Of a stretch of 64,000 nucleotides of DNA, positions 31,340 through 41,765 are shown piece by piece. The position numbers were made by a program, and so were the translations under genes. The stretch comes from Gammaproteobacteria bacterium (lineage in GTDB: Bacteria; Pseudomonadota; Gammaproteobacteria; Eutrophobiales; Eutrophobiaceae): positions 928,001-992,000 of the forward strand of contig OZ220696.1 of NCBI GenBank assembly GCA_965116495.1, given 5' to 3'. Each line of letters begins with the position of its first letter. Position 1 is the first letter of the stretch. A model generated the notes under the pieces. The model made no database searches. It was not told the DNA's origin and saw only the letters and a program-made list of their open reading frames with translations.

Positions 31340-31588
31340 ATTTGCACCTAACGGCAGGGTTGTAAGACCGCGCAGCACGATGCCGTAGCGGAATGCCGGA
31401 TGCTCCGTGGGCAAGCGCAGGGTCATCTGTACCGGCGAACGCTGCCGCAATTCCGCGTAGACCGGATACGGGCCCTGAGTTACCTTGTCCGAAAACGGGT
31501 TGTAGGTGACTCCGTACTGCCGGCGCTCGGGGATCAGCAGAGCATTGACCGCGAGGGATTTTATCGTTCGAGGTAGTGATAGGTTCAT
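31340..31588 (-). pseudogene. Cytochrome P450 remnant with internal deletion
   Basis: N-terminal YNPFS...PYPVYAELRQRSPV joined to C-terminal LRL...P.FR...VLRGLTTLPL; no heme Cys. Confidence 0.7.
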
Positions 31589-32046
31589 TAAAGCTCAAAC
31601 AGTGTGTAATTTGCCTTGTCTGATAGCTTGATAATCGTCTTGTCCAGAGTAGCCAAGGGGCAGGATTGTTTTAATGCCAACATAACATAAGAGGCGTCAT
31701 ACGCGGATACGCCATACCTGTAACAGAATTCATATAACCTCGCCGGTACTTCCTCGCCACGAATCACCAGGGATAATTCAAACAACCAGGTTAATTGGGT
31801 CTTGTACTGTTCGTATGCCATTTCATTTTGTTTGCTATAGCGCTGCACTACAAAAGCAGCTTCATAAACCCAGATGTATGGAACGATGATTTGCAGATTG
31901 TGTGAACCAATAGCGCTTAAAACCTGACGCGCATAGGATTGATCAGCTTCAGACCCGTCATGGAATAACCAGCGCATCATCACACTGTTATCAACCACGA
32001 TTGGATTTTCTAATTGCTCATTCTGCCTTAACGTTCTAAACGCCAC
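31588..32046 (-). CDS. vapC: VapC/PIN toxin
   Basis: IVVDNSV, WVYE, SAYDASY, LATLD. Confidence 0.85.
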   Translation of the reverse strand: MAFRTLRQNEQLENPIVVDNSVMMRWLFHDGSEADQSYARQVLSAIGSHNLQIIVPYIWVYEAAFVVQRYSKQNEMAYEQYKTQLTWLFELSLVIRGEEVPARLYEFCYRYGVSAYDASYVMLALKQSCPLATLDKTIIKLSDKANYTLFEL

Positions 32047-32278
32047 GTTCGCGTCCTTTCGCGATCACTTCAGTGATGGGTTCATCGACCTTTACCAGTT
32101 GCAAGCGCAACAAGTTCTGATAGGCAATATTCTGCCTGTCGGCATAGCTGTCTGGGAGAACCCGGATCTCAACAATGGGTTTACCATGTTTATAAATTAT
32201 CGCGGACTCACCGGTTTTGGAAACCTGATTAACGATACTACTGGCTTCCTTATTTATTTCGGCCATCGTAACTTTCAT
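32036..32278 (-). CDS. Phd/YefM antitoxin
   Basis: MKVTMAE...GESAIIYKHGKPIVEI; overlaps vapC. Confidence 0.8.
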   Translation of the reverse strand: MKVTMAEINKEASSIVNQVSKTGESAIIYKHGKPIVEIRVLPDSYADRQNIAYQNLLRLQLVKVDEPITEVIAKGRERGV

Positions 32279-32291
32279 AGGGAAGTCCTCC

Positions 32292-32323
32292 TATAATGTA
32301 CGTAGTATTATACGTACATTATA
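32292..32323. promoter_or_regulatory. Palindromic operator/promoter of phd-vapC
   Basis: tataatgtacgta-N6-tacgtacattata, perfect 13-bp inverted repeat containing TATAAT. Confidence 0.7.
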
Positions 32324-32642
32324 AAACCATATCAACTGTCGATGGTGTCATTGTCGATGGTGTCATCAACCTCACCACCGAGATTTCTGAAGAAATTGTC
32401 TAGCCGGGTCTTGTGTTCTTCATAATGGGTGCTGTTCACGAACCAAAGTCTCCTTCTCCTATATGAATTGGCTATATTGCCAGAATTGCTATATCTCTGC
32501 TTGGATGGATGTATCCAAAACAGGGTTAGGTTCGGTCCGCAGATGTCCATAGCTGGTTTATAGGCAGATTGTGGTTTACATTGTCACCCTATAAATCATA
32601 AAAGTGTTATAATATGATTTATTAAAACCTGGTGTATAACTC

Positions 32643-33845
32643 ATGCAGTGGAATTGGGAACTAGACAGCTGGCCTGATTTTACCTGGCAGCCGGAACCTT
32701 TAAGAGCGCTTGAAGAACAACTGCTGGTGGGCAGCGGCATGCTGTCCGGCGCTTTCAAGCACCTGGATGAGGGGGACGCGAGCCGTATGCGAGTGGAAAT
32801 CATCAGTAATGAGGCAATAAAAACATCGGAGATTGAAGGCGAATACCTTGACCGCGAAAGTGTTCAATCGTCCATCCGTCGTCATTTTGGTCTGCAAACC
32901 GATGTCGGGCAGGCGCCACCAGCAGAGCAAGGCATAGCTGATATGATGCTTGACCTGTACAGGCGTTTCCAGGAACCGATTACCCATAAGCAACTATACG
33001 TCTGGCATAGTATGTTAATGAGTGGACGTGATGACCTGACTGATACAGGCCGCTATCGAAGAAGCAACGTTCAAGTTGTTTCAGGCCCTGATTACAAACG
33101 CAAGGTTCACTTTGAAGCTCCACCTCCCGAGCGGGTGATGCCTGAGATGAAGGGATTCATCACATGGTTTAATTCCACTTCACCAACCGGCAAAACAGTT
33201 TTGCCGGCACTTACCCGCGCCGGCATTGCCCACCTGCGTTTTGTCTGTATTCATCCTTTCGAAGACGGTAACGGACGCATAGGGCGGGCAATCGCTGAAA
33301 AGGTTCTTGCCCTGGGTCTTGGCAAGCCGTCTCTGATCGCGCTATCCGCCAACATCGAAAAACACAGGAAGGCTTATTATGATACGCTGAGAAAAACTAA
33401 CAAGGCCATCGAAATCACAGAATTCCTTGTCTATTTCGCCCGAACCATACTGCAAGCCCAGGAGGACAGCCTGTCTCAAATCGAGTTTCTTATTAATAAA
33501 GCTAAAATGTTAGAGCGGTTAAGGGGAAAGCTGAACGGAAGGCAGGAAAAAGCCCTGCTGCGCATCTTCAGGGAAGGACCGGCGGGTTTCACGGACGGTT
33601 TAAGCGCAGAGAACTATATCGGCATCACCAAAGCCACTCGTCCGACAGCCACACGTGACCTGGCCGACCTTGTGAGCAAGGGAGCATTGACAAAAAAAGG
33701 AGAAAGGAGATATACAAGATACTATTTGAATTTACCTGGAAATGAGGTGCGGGAATTATTTGCTGAGATGGATGACATTAGAGAAGGCACTCAACTTGGC
33801 GCAGAGCTCCCCATCTCTGATTTACGGAAGGAAGGGCGGCGATAG
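32643..33845 (+). CDS. Fic family protein (DUF4172-Fic-wHTH)
   Basis: WNW....WPDFTW; HPFEDGNGRIGR; TATRDLADLV. Confidence 0.92.
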   Translation: MQWNWELDSWPDFTWQPEPLRALEEQLLVGSGMLSGAFKHLDEGDASRMRVEIISNEAIKTSEIEGEYLDRESVQSSIRRHFGLQTDVGQAPPAEQGIADMMLDLYRRFQEPITHKQLYVWHSMLMSGRDDLTDTGRYRRSNVQVVSGPDYKRKVHFEAPPPERVMPEMKGFITWFNSTSPTGKTVLPALTRAGIAHLRFVCIHPFEDGNGRIGRAIAEKVLALGLGKPSLIALSANIEKHRKAYYDTLRKTNKAIEITEFLVYFARTILQAQEDSLSQIEFLINKAKMLERLRGKLNGRQEKALLRIFREGPAGFTDGLSAENYIGITKATRPTATRDLADLVSKGALTKKGERRYTRYYLNLPGNEVRELFAEMDDIREGTQLGAELPISDLRKEGRR

Positions 33846-33858
33846 TTGCCTCGTTGTT

Positions 33859-35385
33859 TTAAGATTTATATTTACTCCTCAGTTCAGTTTTCAACACTTT
33901 GCCCAAGGCGCTCTTGGGCAGGCTATCGACGATATGGATCTGCTTCGGAATCTTGTAACCGCCGATCCTGCCGCGGCAGAAGTTAATCAGTTCGTCCTGT
34001 GTCGAATCGGCTCCGGATTTGATTGTTGCCACGCCGATCACCTTTTCGCCATAGATTTCATCAGGGATACCGATGACGGCAACTTCCAGTACATCGGGGT
34101 GTCGGCTCAGCACGGATTCAACCTCACTGGAATAGACGTTTTCCCCACCCGTGACAATCAGGTCCTGTTTCCGGTCCTTGAGGTACAGATACCCCTCGTC
34201 ATCCAGGTAACCCAGGTCACCGGTGCGGAACCACCCATCCACCAAGGCCTGTTTTGTGAGTTCAACCTGGTTGATATATCCCCTGAACACGTTGTCGCCA
34301 CGAGCGTAAATCTCCCCCACCTGCCCCGTTTCGCATGCCTGTTCATTGTTATCCATTATTTTTAATTCCACGCCGTCCAGTACGCGCCCGCATGAGGATA
34401 ATCGGGCTGCATTGCCTTTTGCAAAGACATCCACGTGGGACTGATTGTCCAGCATGGTCAGCAGCGGTGCCGTTTCGGTGAGGCCATATCCTTGCGCGAT
34501 CTCGACACTTGGAAAAGCCTCAAATGCCGCCTTAACCCAGTCTACCGACATGGGCGATGCCCCATAGATGATCTGTTCCAGCGAGCTGACGTCATAATGT
34601 GCTACTTTCCCCGATTGTAAGGTTAACATCAGCATGGTCGGCACTAACAAGACGAAGGTGACACGAAATTGTTCAATTGCATTTAATAGAGTATCGGGGT
34701 CAAATTTGGGCAAATAGACACTGGCTGCGCCCTGCATGAAGTAAACAGTCTTCACCAGTTCCGCCGAATGGAACATGGGAGGAACGTGCAAAACAACATC
34801 GCCGGGCTTTGCCGACCACCTGCTGCCCACCTGTCTTGCATTGGCAATGATATTGCCGTGGGTTAACGGCACTCCTTTTGCCCTGCCCGAGGTCCCGCCG
34901 GTGAAGAGCAACAGTGCTTCGTCGTTTGCCGAGCAATTAACGGAGTCTGACGGTTCGGCGGCTATGATCGATCTTTCATAAGAACTGTTTTCATCATCAC
35001 TGATTAATAGATGGCTGTCCTTCCAATCGGCCAATTCAGGCGCTGCCAGCAACTCACTGAACTGCCTGTCTGTTACGACCAGTTTACAATCCGCATCTCC
35101 AAGGATGGATTGCATCTCAACAGGTGCAAGACGGAAATTGACCGGGACCGGCGTTGCGCCGATCCACTGTCCTGCATGGATAACCTCAGCCTGGCGCCAG
35201 GAATTCAGGGCCAGGATCCCGAACCTGTCACCTCGGTTAATCCCTGACCGGTTCAAAACTCTCCCCAGCTTTGCAATCCGCCGTACAAATTCACTCCAGG
35301 TTAAACTGATGCGACTGTCGATAACGGCAGTCGCATCGCTGCGTGTCCCGGCGTTATTCAGGAGAACGTCTGTTAAAGTCTTCAC
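33859..35385 (-). CDS. Long-chain acyl-CoA ligase family
   Basis: FTGGTSGRAKG, QGYGLTE, WFRTGDLG, PKSALGKVLK. Confidence 0.9.
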   Translation of the reverse strand: MKTLTDVLLNNAGTRSDATAVIDSRISLTWSEFVRRIAKLGRVLNRSGINRGDRFGILALNSWRQAEVIHAGQWIGATPVPVNFRLAPVEMQSILGDADCKLVVTDRQFSELLAAPELADWKDSHLLISDDENSSYERSIIAAEPSDSVNCSANDEALLLFTGGTSGRAKGVPLTHGNIIANARQVGSRWSAKPGDVVLHVPPMFHSAELVKTVYFMQGAASVYLPKFDPDTLLNAIEQFRVTFVLLVPTMLMLTLQSGKVAHYDVSSLEQIIYGASPMSVDWVKAAFEAFPSVEIAQGYGLTETAPLLTMLDNQSHVDVFAKGNAARLSSCGRVLDGVELKIMDNNEQACETGQVGEIYARGDNVFRGYINQVELTKQALVDGWFRTGDLGYLDDEGYLYLKDRKQDLIVTGGENVYSSEVESVLSRHPDVLEVAVIGIPDEIYGEKVIGVATIKSGADSTQDELINFCRGRIGGYKIPKQIHIVDSLPKSALGKVLKTELRSKYKS

Positions 35386-36623
35386 ATAATGCGGTTGACG
35401 TCCGTGTCCGGAAAGAACTCGACGAAGATAAACCAGAAGATGCGGCTCTTTAGCGTATTTACCCTTTCCAGCCTGGCTCCGTCATCTATGTTGCCGAACA
35501 CGTCAATACTGCTCACTGTACGCCCTGCGGGATTATAATAAGCCGTAACCACGTCGTATTCCCGGTTATAAGTGACAATAATATTCCTGCCCCCTATCAC
35601 CACGTTGATAGGGTTGCCCTGCTCAATGATGAAATCTTTTGAATAGGCGACATGATCGTCCCCGATGCTGATGGTGTACACCAGTTCCTTCATGGGCAGG
35701 CGTTTATCCTTGAAATCGACGGTGGGAAAGGCCGGCTTGTCATTTTTTACCCAGTTCAGGCCCACCCCCCAGAGCATCATTACGTGCCGGACCAGCCTGT
35801 CCCACAATGAAATGACCGGGTTCTCGCTGAACCGGGGGATTTCATTGATGAAGACCTTGCCGTCCGGGTAAAGCTTTCTGAATGAGCCGTACGGCATGCG
35901 TATGGTCGGCCATTCCGTCATTTTATTCTTGTTTTCATCCCGTTCCATGGTGCCCCATAGCTGCTGGATTGGCTCACCGCTGTTCTTGTCAAACAGGACC
36001 AGGTTGTTTTTTAACTGGGTCATCACGGTCAGGTCCAGATCCTGCTGATTAATTTTCGGACTGTATGCAATACCCAGGTTGGTGAGCCCGCAATAGGTCA
36101 TGATGACGTCTTCGCCGCCTATGGTGTCGCCCTTGACGACGTGGGGTTGCAGCAGGTAATAATCCGAATAGGCGTAGGCGCCGTTGTCGGTCTCCAGGAC
36201 CAGGACATTGATATCATCGACAGAGACATAGGATTCCGGGCCAAAATGAGCAAGGTGCAGACTGCGTTGCATATAATCCGGCGCTTGCTCTACGGAAACG
36301 AACCTGGCTTCGTACTGTTGCGACCTGAACATCCATTTCGGGTTAACCAGGCCCGAGTAAGCGTTAAATATGCATACGAAAACCAGGAATGCCAGTAATG
36401 CGCCGGGGCATACATCCGGCTCGATTGTCCAGATGATGACAGCTGTTGATAATGCCCCCAGGGATATCCCGGTGATCACGTAGCGATTGTACCAGATGCG
36501 CATCGTGAACTGGCGCGTGGACTGCACCACCCACTGGCTGATATCCGCCAGGTCCTTGAAGAGGAAGAAAGCCCCTGTCTGGGCAATTATCATCATTCCC
36601 CAGAATGCGAGTTTAACCGTCAT
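35382..36623 (-). CDS. DUF3179-like protein with N-terminal TM segments
   Basis: HVVKGDTIGGE..MTYCGLTN, NNLVLFD, FWFIFVEFFPDT. Confidence 0.65.
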   Translation of the reverse strand: MTVKLAFWGMMIIAQTGAFFLFKDLADISQWVVQSTRQFTMRIWYNRYVITGISLGALSTAVIIWTIEPDVCPGALLAFLVFVCIFNAYSGLVNPKWMFRSQQYEARFVSVEQAPDYMQRSLHLAHFGPESYVSVDDINVLVLETDNGAYAYSDYYLLQPHVVKGDTIGGEDVIMTYCGLTNLGIAYSPKINQQDLDLTVMTQLKNNLVLFDKNSGEPIQQLWGTMERDENKNKMTEWPTIRMPYGSFRKLYPDGKVFINEIPRFSENPVISLWDRLVRHVMMLWGVGLNWVKNDKPAFPTVDFKDKRLPMKELVYTISIGDDHVAYSKDFIIEQGNPINVVIGGRNIIVTYNREYDVVTAYYNPAGRTVSSIDVFGNIDDGARLERVNTLKSRIFWFIFVEFFPDTDVNRIM

Positions 36624-36724
36624 AATAAGCTACTCCTGCTGACTGATTATTGATAATGAAACACGCTGCACTCATTACCTGCTCCCCGGCAACCAGCGCA
36701 ACAGCTGAAAGCAGGTCAGGCCAG

Positions 36725-37105
36725 TCAGTCCTGTCTGGGCGGCATCAGGTACCAGAGGACAAAAGCAACGAAGAACAACGCCGGCACGTCGCCGGCAAGG
36801 TTGGACCGTTCAGTTACATCAATGATGGAATGGACCAGCATGACCCCGCCATGCACGATATTCGACCAGACGGTGAACCAGATCAGGCTGGCATGCTCCA
36901 GGGGATTTTTTGCCGCCATGATGAGAAACACCCCCAGCGTGGCATACACGCCCATGATCATCTGTTCATACTCGGGTTGCCTGGGCGTCCAGGTCCAACC
37001 TGACGCCTCAAGTCCCATCATCAGGACGGGGACCCCGACCAGGTAGATGATCCCGAAGATATAGAGTGCGATGGTCAAATATTTCATTTTGTCTGCTTGT
37101 TGCAT
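36725..37105 (-). CDS. Small membrane protein (DUF6632-like)
   Basis: YEQMIMGVYATLGVFL..AA.NP..H.SLIWFT.WS..VH. Confidence 0.6.
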   Translation of the reverse strand: MQQADKMKYLTIALYIFGIIYLVGVPVLMMGLEASGWTWTPRQPEYEQMIMGVYATLGVFLIMAAKNPLEHASLIWFTVWSNIVHGGVMLVHSIIDVTERSNLAGDVPALFFVAFVLWYLMPPRQD

Positions 37106-37161
37106 ATTTACCCCCGGTTGTGTGTTTGAGGATTGAGGTCTAACGCCGGTATTCTAGCGCA

Positions 37162-37476
37162 TTATTTTTTCAGATATTTCTTCGTGACCGAAGACAGGCC
37201 CGTCCTGGCGTATTCCCGGCAGGCCTTGTCCTTGAATTCCAGTGCTTTTTCCCACTCATCGATGGGGTATTCATCGCGCTCCGCCACGATGCGTATTTCC
37301 CGCACTACCCGTTCGTCCAGCCCCATCTTTGCGGCAATTTCCTTATCCGATAAGGGTCTTTTGCGCTTGTCCTCGGGCAGGAATTCCTGGGTATTTACCT
37401 GCACCGACTGGGAATAGGACAGGACCTCGTCCTTGTATTTTTTATAGGTCTCCGGGTCGACAAAATAAAAACCCAT
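37162..37476 (-). CDS. Hypothetical 104-aa protein with HTH-like segment
   Basis: AGGAG RBS; LSDKEIAAKMGLDERVVREIR. Confidence 0.7.
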   Translation of the reverse strand: MGFYFVDPETYKKYKDEVLSYSQSVQVNTQEFLPEDKRKRPLSDKEIAAKMGLDERVVREIRIVAERDEYPIDEWEKALEFKDKACREYARTGLSSVTKKYLKK

Positions 37477-37497
37477 GGGCGTCTCCTGTATCGATGG

Positions 37498-38367
37498 TTA
37501 TTTTTTAAGCCGGTGTTTGCTGCCAACCGGGCAAACCCGCATGCACTCGAAACATTGCCCCTGACTCACGTTGGCGTAAGTCATTGACCAGAGTGTCCGG
37601 GTAAACAACGAGGAGTAAAGCATCAGTTTCTGCTGCTCCTTGTCTTCCTCATCAAGTGTTACATCCAGTACTTTCTGAAAACCGGGTACCCAGCTGGTTT
37701 CCACCCGTGAACTGCAACGGGCGACGTCGTATCGCCGTTGCGCGATGCGCCCCTCCTCCAGTCGACCGCCCAGGCACCCTCCCTCATCGATGGGGCAGAT
37801 CGCCATGCAAGGCGTGGTTCCTTTTTCATCCCACATATCCTTGCATTCCGGGGCCGGACAGACAGGTTCTTCAAGTTGTTTATCTGGTTTAATTGGTAAT
37901 GTACTGATAATTATAGAGTAGTACATGAATCCATATTCAGGATTCAGCACCGGTCCGGCCAGGCTGGGCGTGCCGCAACCCGCCAGTTCGGCTGCCTTTG
38001 CGAAGCTCACGAAGGCGCGGTTACCGCTGTCTGTGCCGGGCGGGACACAGATCGCGTAGTACCCGTACTCATCTTCTATATACCGGGAAAGCCGTTGCGC
38101 CAGGTTATGCATACGGTCCCCGAACGACGTGGTTTCCATGTGCTGGTAGACGGGACTCTGCCAGTCACCGGCCCGGGGCTGGGCGCCGCCGAACACGTAA
38201 ACGCTCCTGGCTTTCGGCAACAGGTCCGCCGGGCGCTGCCCTTCAGGCTCATCCGTGAACGCCGCCGCATCCGCAACGCCGGTAATCACCGCGCCGCCCT
38301 TGCGGGACAGCGCATCCAGCTCTTTCCTGCAAACGCTGAAATCGAGTGCGCCCGTAACCGCACTCAT
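37498..38367 (-). CDS. QueG/reductive dehalogenase-like Fe-S protein, paralogue 2
   Basis: P.DLLP.ARSV, AAELAG.G, LNPEYG, CMAICP, CFECMRVCP; likely start MSAVTG overlaps upstream stop. Confidence 0.75.
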   Translation of the reverse strand: MSAVTGALDFSVCRKELDALSRKGGAVITGVADAAAFTDEPEGQRPADLLPKARSVYVFGGAQPRAGDWQSPVYQHMETTSFGDRMHNLAQRLSRYIEDEYGYYAICVPPGTDSGNRAFVSFAKAAELAGCGTPSLAGPVLNPEYGFMYYSIIISTLPIKPDKQLEEPVCPAPECKDMWDEKGTTPCMAICPIDEGGCLGGRLEEGRIAQRRYDVARCSSRVETSWVPGFQKVLDVTLDEEDKEQQKLMLYSSLFTRTLWSMTYANVSQGQCFECMRVCPVGSKHRLKK

Positions 38368-39260
38368 TTCAGTTTTCTCTCCGGGCGCGTGATCGGGCAG
38401 ACACGCATACACTCGAAACATTGCGCGACGCTTTCCCTGAAAAAGCTGACGGCAGAGCAGGATCGATTAAAGAAATCCGAATTGATCATGTTCGTACGTG
38501 TCTCCGGGTCATCTTCCGTGACAATCTCCGCCATGGCCTTCTGAAAACTGTTGATGCCGAAATTCATGGCCCGTGTCGTACAGCGTTCCCGGTCGTACCA
38601 GGAGTAGGATATCTCACCTTGATCATCAATCTCTCCGTCCAGGCAACCGCCGTCGTCGGACGGACAGGCGGCAATACAAGGGGTCTTGCCGATTTTGCGG
38701 TAGGTGGCCACGCACATGGGGTGGGGGCAGACGTTCTGTTCCAGTACCGGGTCCCCCGGTAGTTCCAGGGTAGTGATACAGGCGGAGTAATACAGCAGAC
38801 CGTATTTGGGGTTAAGGATGATATTGGCCGCCAGCGAGCGGGTTCCCAGCCCGGCCAGTACCGCGGCATGCATCATGCTGATGACCGGGTTATGGCCGCT
38901 CACGGACAGGGCCGGCGCCTGTATGGCATAGTGGTCCAGTCTTGTCTCGATATGATCAGCCAGCATGTGAACCACCCGGTCGTTGCGAAAATCATAGCCG
39001 TTGACTTCCATCAGGCGGTGGCTGGGCGACTGCCAGGCCCCGGCAGTGGGTCCGCGGGCGCCCACAACGATGACGCTACGCGCCCCGGGCAGCACGTCAA
39101 CCGGCTTGTGTCCTTCGGGCACATCCTTGTCCCAGCGCTCCACGGGCGCGATACCCACCACGTCGGCGCCGGCATTCATGGCAAACTCCTTTAGCCGGTC
39201 TGCAAGTTGAACCGGAACGGCCTGCTCCGTAAATTCATGTGGCTCGGCGGATGCGCTCAT
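38364..39260 (-). CDS. QueG/reductive dehalogenase-like Fe-S protein, paralogue 1
   Basis: GADVVGIAP, P.DVLPGARSVIV, HAAVLAGLG, LNPKYG, CIAACP, CFECMRVCP. Confidence 0.8.
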   Translation of the reverse strand: MSASAEPHEFTEQAVPVQLADRLKEFAMNAGADVVGIAPVERWDKDVPEGHKPVDVLPGARSVIVVGARGPTAGAWQSPSHRLMEVNGYDFRNDRVVHMLADHIETRLDHYAIQAPALSVSGHNPVISMMHAAVLAGLGTRSLAANIILNPKYGLLYYSACITTLELPGDPVLEQNVCPHPMCVATYRKIGKTPCIAACPSDDGGCLDGEIDDQGEISYSWYDRERCTTRAMNFGINSFQKAMAEIVTEDDPETRTNMINSDFFNRSCSAVSFFRESVAQCFECMRVCPITRPERKLK

Positions 39261-39272
39261 AGCCCGGTAACC

Positions 39273-40244
39273 TTACCAGTCGCTTTCCTTCAGGTACTGC
39301 TCGGAGGAGGTAAGCCAGGGATATTTGCTGCGTAGACCAGACACGTCCGCGCTATAGCCCACGTTTTCAAACCAAGTTTCCATGATAGCCATCTCTTCGC
39401 CCTGTTGCTCTTCAAATTCATCCCATGGCACCCGGACATAATTGACATCCTTGCCGGTAACCCGTGCGAACAGTTCGGCAACCTCCTGCTGGCTGTGGTC
39501 ATCACCGGCTATGTCGAGCGATACGCCCAACCATTCGGCAGGGTTGTCGAATGCCTCCGCGGCGAAACGGCCTATATCCTTGACGGTGATGTATTGGCTG
39601 CGCGTTCCCGCTGACAATGGACCGTACATTAACCCGTTTTCAATACCGGCGCGGGCATATTCCCAGTTTTCCATGAATGAAACGGGCCTGATTACCGTGT
39701 AGGGCAACTGTATGGTTTTGATGTATTCTTCAATCTCGTACTTGCTGTCAAAATGCGGGATGCCCGTGTTTTTATCCGCGTTGGCGACCGATGTATAGAC
39801 AAAATGGCTCACCCCGGCCTGTTTGGCGGCATCGGCCAGGTTTCTCCCCTGCCTGATTTCCCCCTCCTTCCCGTGTTCCCAGAAATTCTGGACGGAAAAA
39901 ACGCCGTACACACCCTGCGTTGCGCTGTTCAGCGACTCGACGTCATCGAAATCACCCTTGACCATCTCGATGCCGAGCCCGGCAAGTTCTTGTGCCCGTT
40001 CACTGCGGGGATTGCGGGTCAGACCGCGCACGCGGTAACCGCGGGACAGTAATTCCCGCGCGACGGCCCCTCCCTGCCTGCCGGTAGCCCCTGATACCAG
40101 GATGAGCTTTGCCGTATTGTCATTTTCTGCGACATCTTCCGCAGATGGTGCCGTATCATTGTTCTTCCCGCAGGCCACCACCGACAGTAACAGGGGCAGG
40201 TAACGGCATAGTGTCCATAACCTTGTTTTCATAAAGAAATTCAT
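39273..40244 (-). CDS. NmrA/HSCARG family protein with apparent lipoprotein signal
   Basis: LLLSVVAC lipobox; GATGRQGG, IPHFDSK, RPVSFMEN. Confidence 0.85.
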   Translation of the reverse strand: MNFFMKTRLWTLCRYLPLLLSVVACGKNNDTAPSAEDVAENDNTAKLILVSGATGRQGGAVARELLSRGYRVRGLTRNPRSERAQELAGLGIEMVKGDFDDVESLNSATQGVYGVFSVQNFWEHGKEGEIRQGRNLADAAKQAGVSHFVYTSVANADKNTGIPHFDSKYEIEEYIKTIQLPYTVIRPVSFMENWEYARAGIENGLMYGPLSAGTRSQYITVKDIGRFAAEAFDNPAEWLGVSLDIAGDDHSQQEVAELFARVTGKDVNYVRVPWDEFEEQQGEEMAIMETWFENVGYSADVSGLRSKYPWLTSSEQYLKESDW

Positions 40245-40286
40245 AATTGGTTTAATAGTGTATTCATTGACCTTGCTGGCATCCCG

Positions 40287-41765
40287 TCAGGAAGCAGCTG
40301 AGCGTTTTCCCAGTTCCAGTCGTGCAAGAAAAACCAGAAGCAGTATGGCCCCTGCCGCAAACACGACATCTCCCGGCACCCGCAACCAGACCAACGCTTC
40401 CATCAACGGCGAATGCAGAAGTTCCGGGGAACGGGCATACCAGTAGCCCTGGTCAAACGATACCAGCGTTTGGATGATCCCCTGGGGCAGCAGCGATCCG
40501 AATACCATCAGCGCCAGCCCCCCGTTAAACAGCCAGTACACCATGGCAGGGTCCGTCATCCTGCCGGTCAGCGCCGCCCATTCACCGGTCAGCGAGCCCA
40601 GTACTGCAATTACCAGCGCCACCCAGAGAATATCCACACCCAGCTTCTGCAATGGCGGTTCGGACCCGGCTATCATCGGGCCAAGGTACAGTCCCGCGCC
40701 CAGCCAGGCCGTGGCGATCCACAGCACCGCGAGTTGTACGTGCCAGGTGCGCGTCAACGCGTAGGGGGCGATGTCGGCAATCGGTATGCCGTAGAATTCG
40801 TGGCCTTCCACGGCGTAATGCGCCGTGACCGCTCCCAGGAAAATCTGCAGTCCGAGCAGGGCCGCAACGATCCAGATATACTTGACTACAGCCTTCATGG
40901 AGGCGGTGGGTGACGCTGCGGCAATCGGACTCCTGTCCGGGTAACCTTCGGGGATTTCGGTATCCTTCTGCCATTCTTCCCGTTCGCGCAGGAAGAACCA
41001 GCACAGCGCGCCGATTCCGGCGATGAGCAGGACAATTGAAACAAACGTCCATATAAAGATGGAACTGTTGGGTTTGTTGTCGACCAGCGGTTCGTGGGGC
41101 CAGTTATTCGTATAGGTGACCGTATCATCCGGACGCAGCGTTGAGGCAGCCCAGGATGTCCACCACCACCAGGACACGAGTGTGCGGATATCCTCGTCCG
41201 GATCCGAACCAAGCGGAGCGTTGGGGATGGCATACGCTTCCCGCAATGCCTCCGCTTCCGGCCCGTCGCCACTGCCGCCGAACAATGCCTGGTAGTGTGT
41301 AATGACCTCGGCGATAGCCGCCGCCCGTTCCGGCGATATATTGATCCGGCCCGTTTCAACGTCATAGGTATTGACGCGTAACTTGGCGGCAAACTCTGCA
41401 ATACGGGCAGCGCGGGCAGGCTCGGAAAGTGCGGCAAAGTCTCCGTCCGCATCCAGCATCGCCATGGCCTCCCGGTGCAACACATCGGCCGTCCAGTCCG
41501 GCGCCAGGTAACTCCCGTGACCCCAGACGGAACCGAGTTCCATGCCGCCGAGGCGACGCCATACGTCGCGCCCTTTCCGGATATCGTCACCGGTGAAAAT
41601 CACACCCGCGGTATCGCCGTCCGCTGTGACAACCGCCTCCGGCATGGGCGGCATTACCTGGAATGCCCTGCCGCCGACCAGCAGCAGGATCCCGAACATC
41701 ACGACAAGGGAAACTCCGAACATGGTCCAGAGTCTTGCGAAGGTGAATATTTGACGGTAGTTCAT
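40287..41765 (-). pseudogene. norB: Quinol-dependent NO reductase (qNor) with in-frame internal deletion
   Basis: GSVWGHGSYLAPDWTAD, YTNNWPHEP, RTWH.QL, then jumps to terminal GLALM..SLLP.G..GYWYARS..RVPGD; HLWVE and HH ligand region absent. Confidence 0.8.

Noticed and set aside
32332-32550. Short ORF with a 15-bp tandem repeat
   Set aside because: No recognisable family; probably a remnant.
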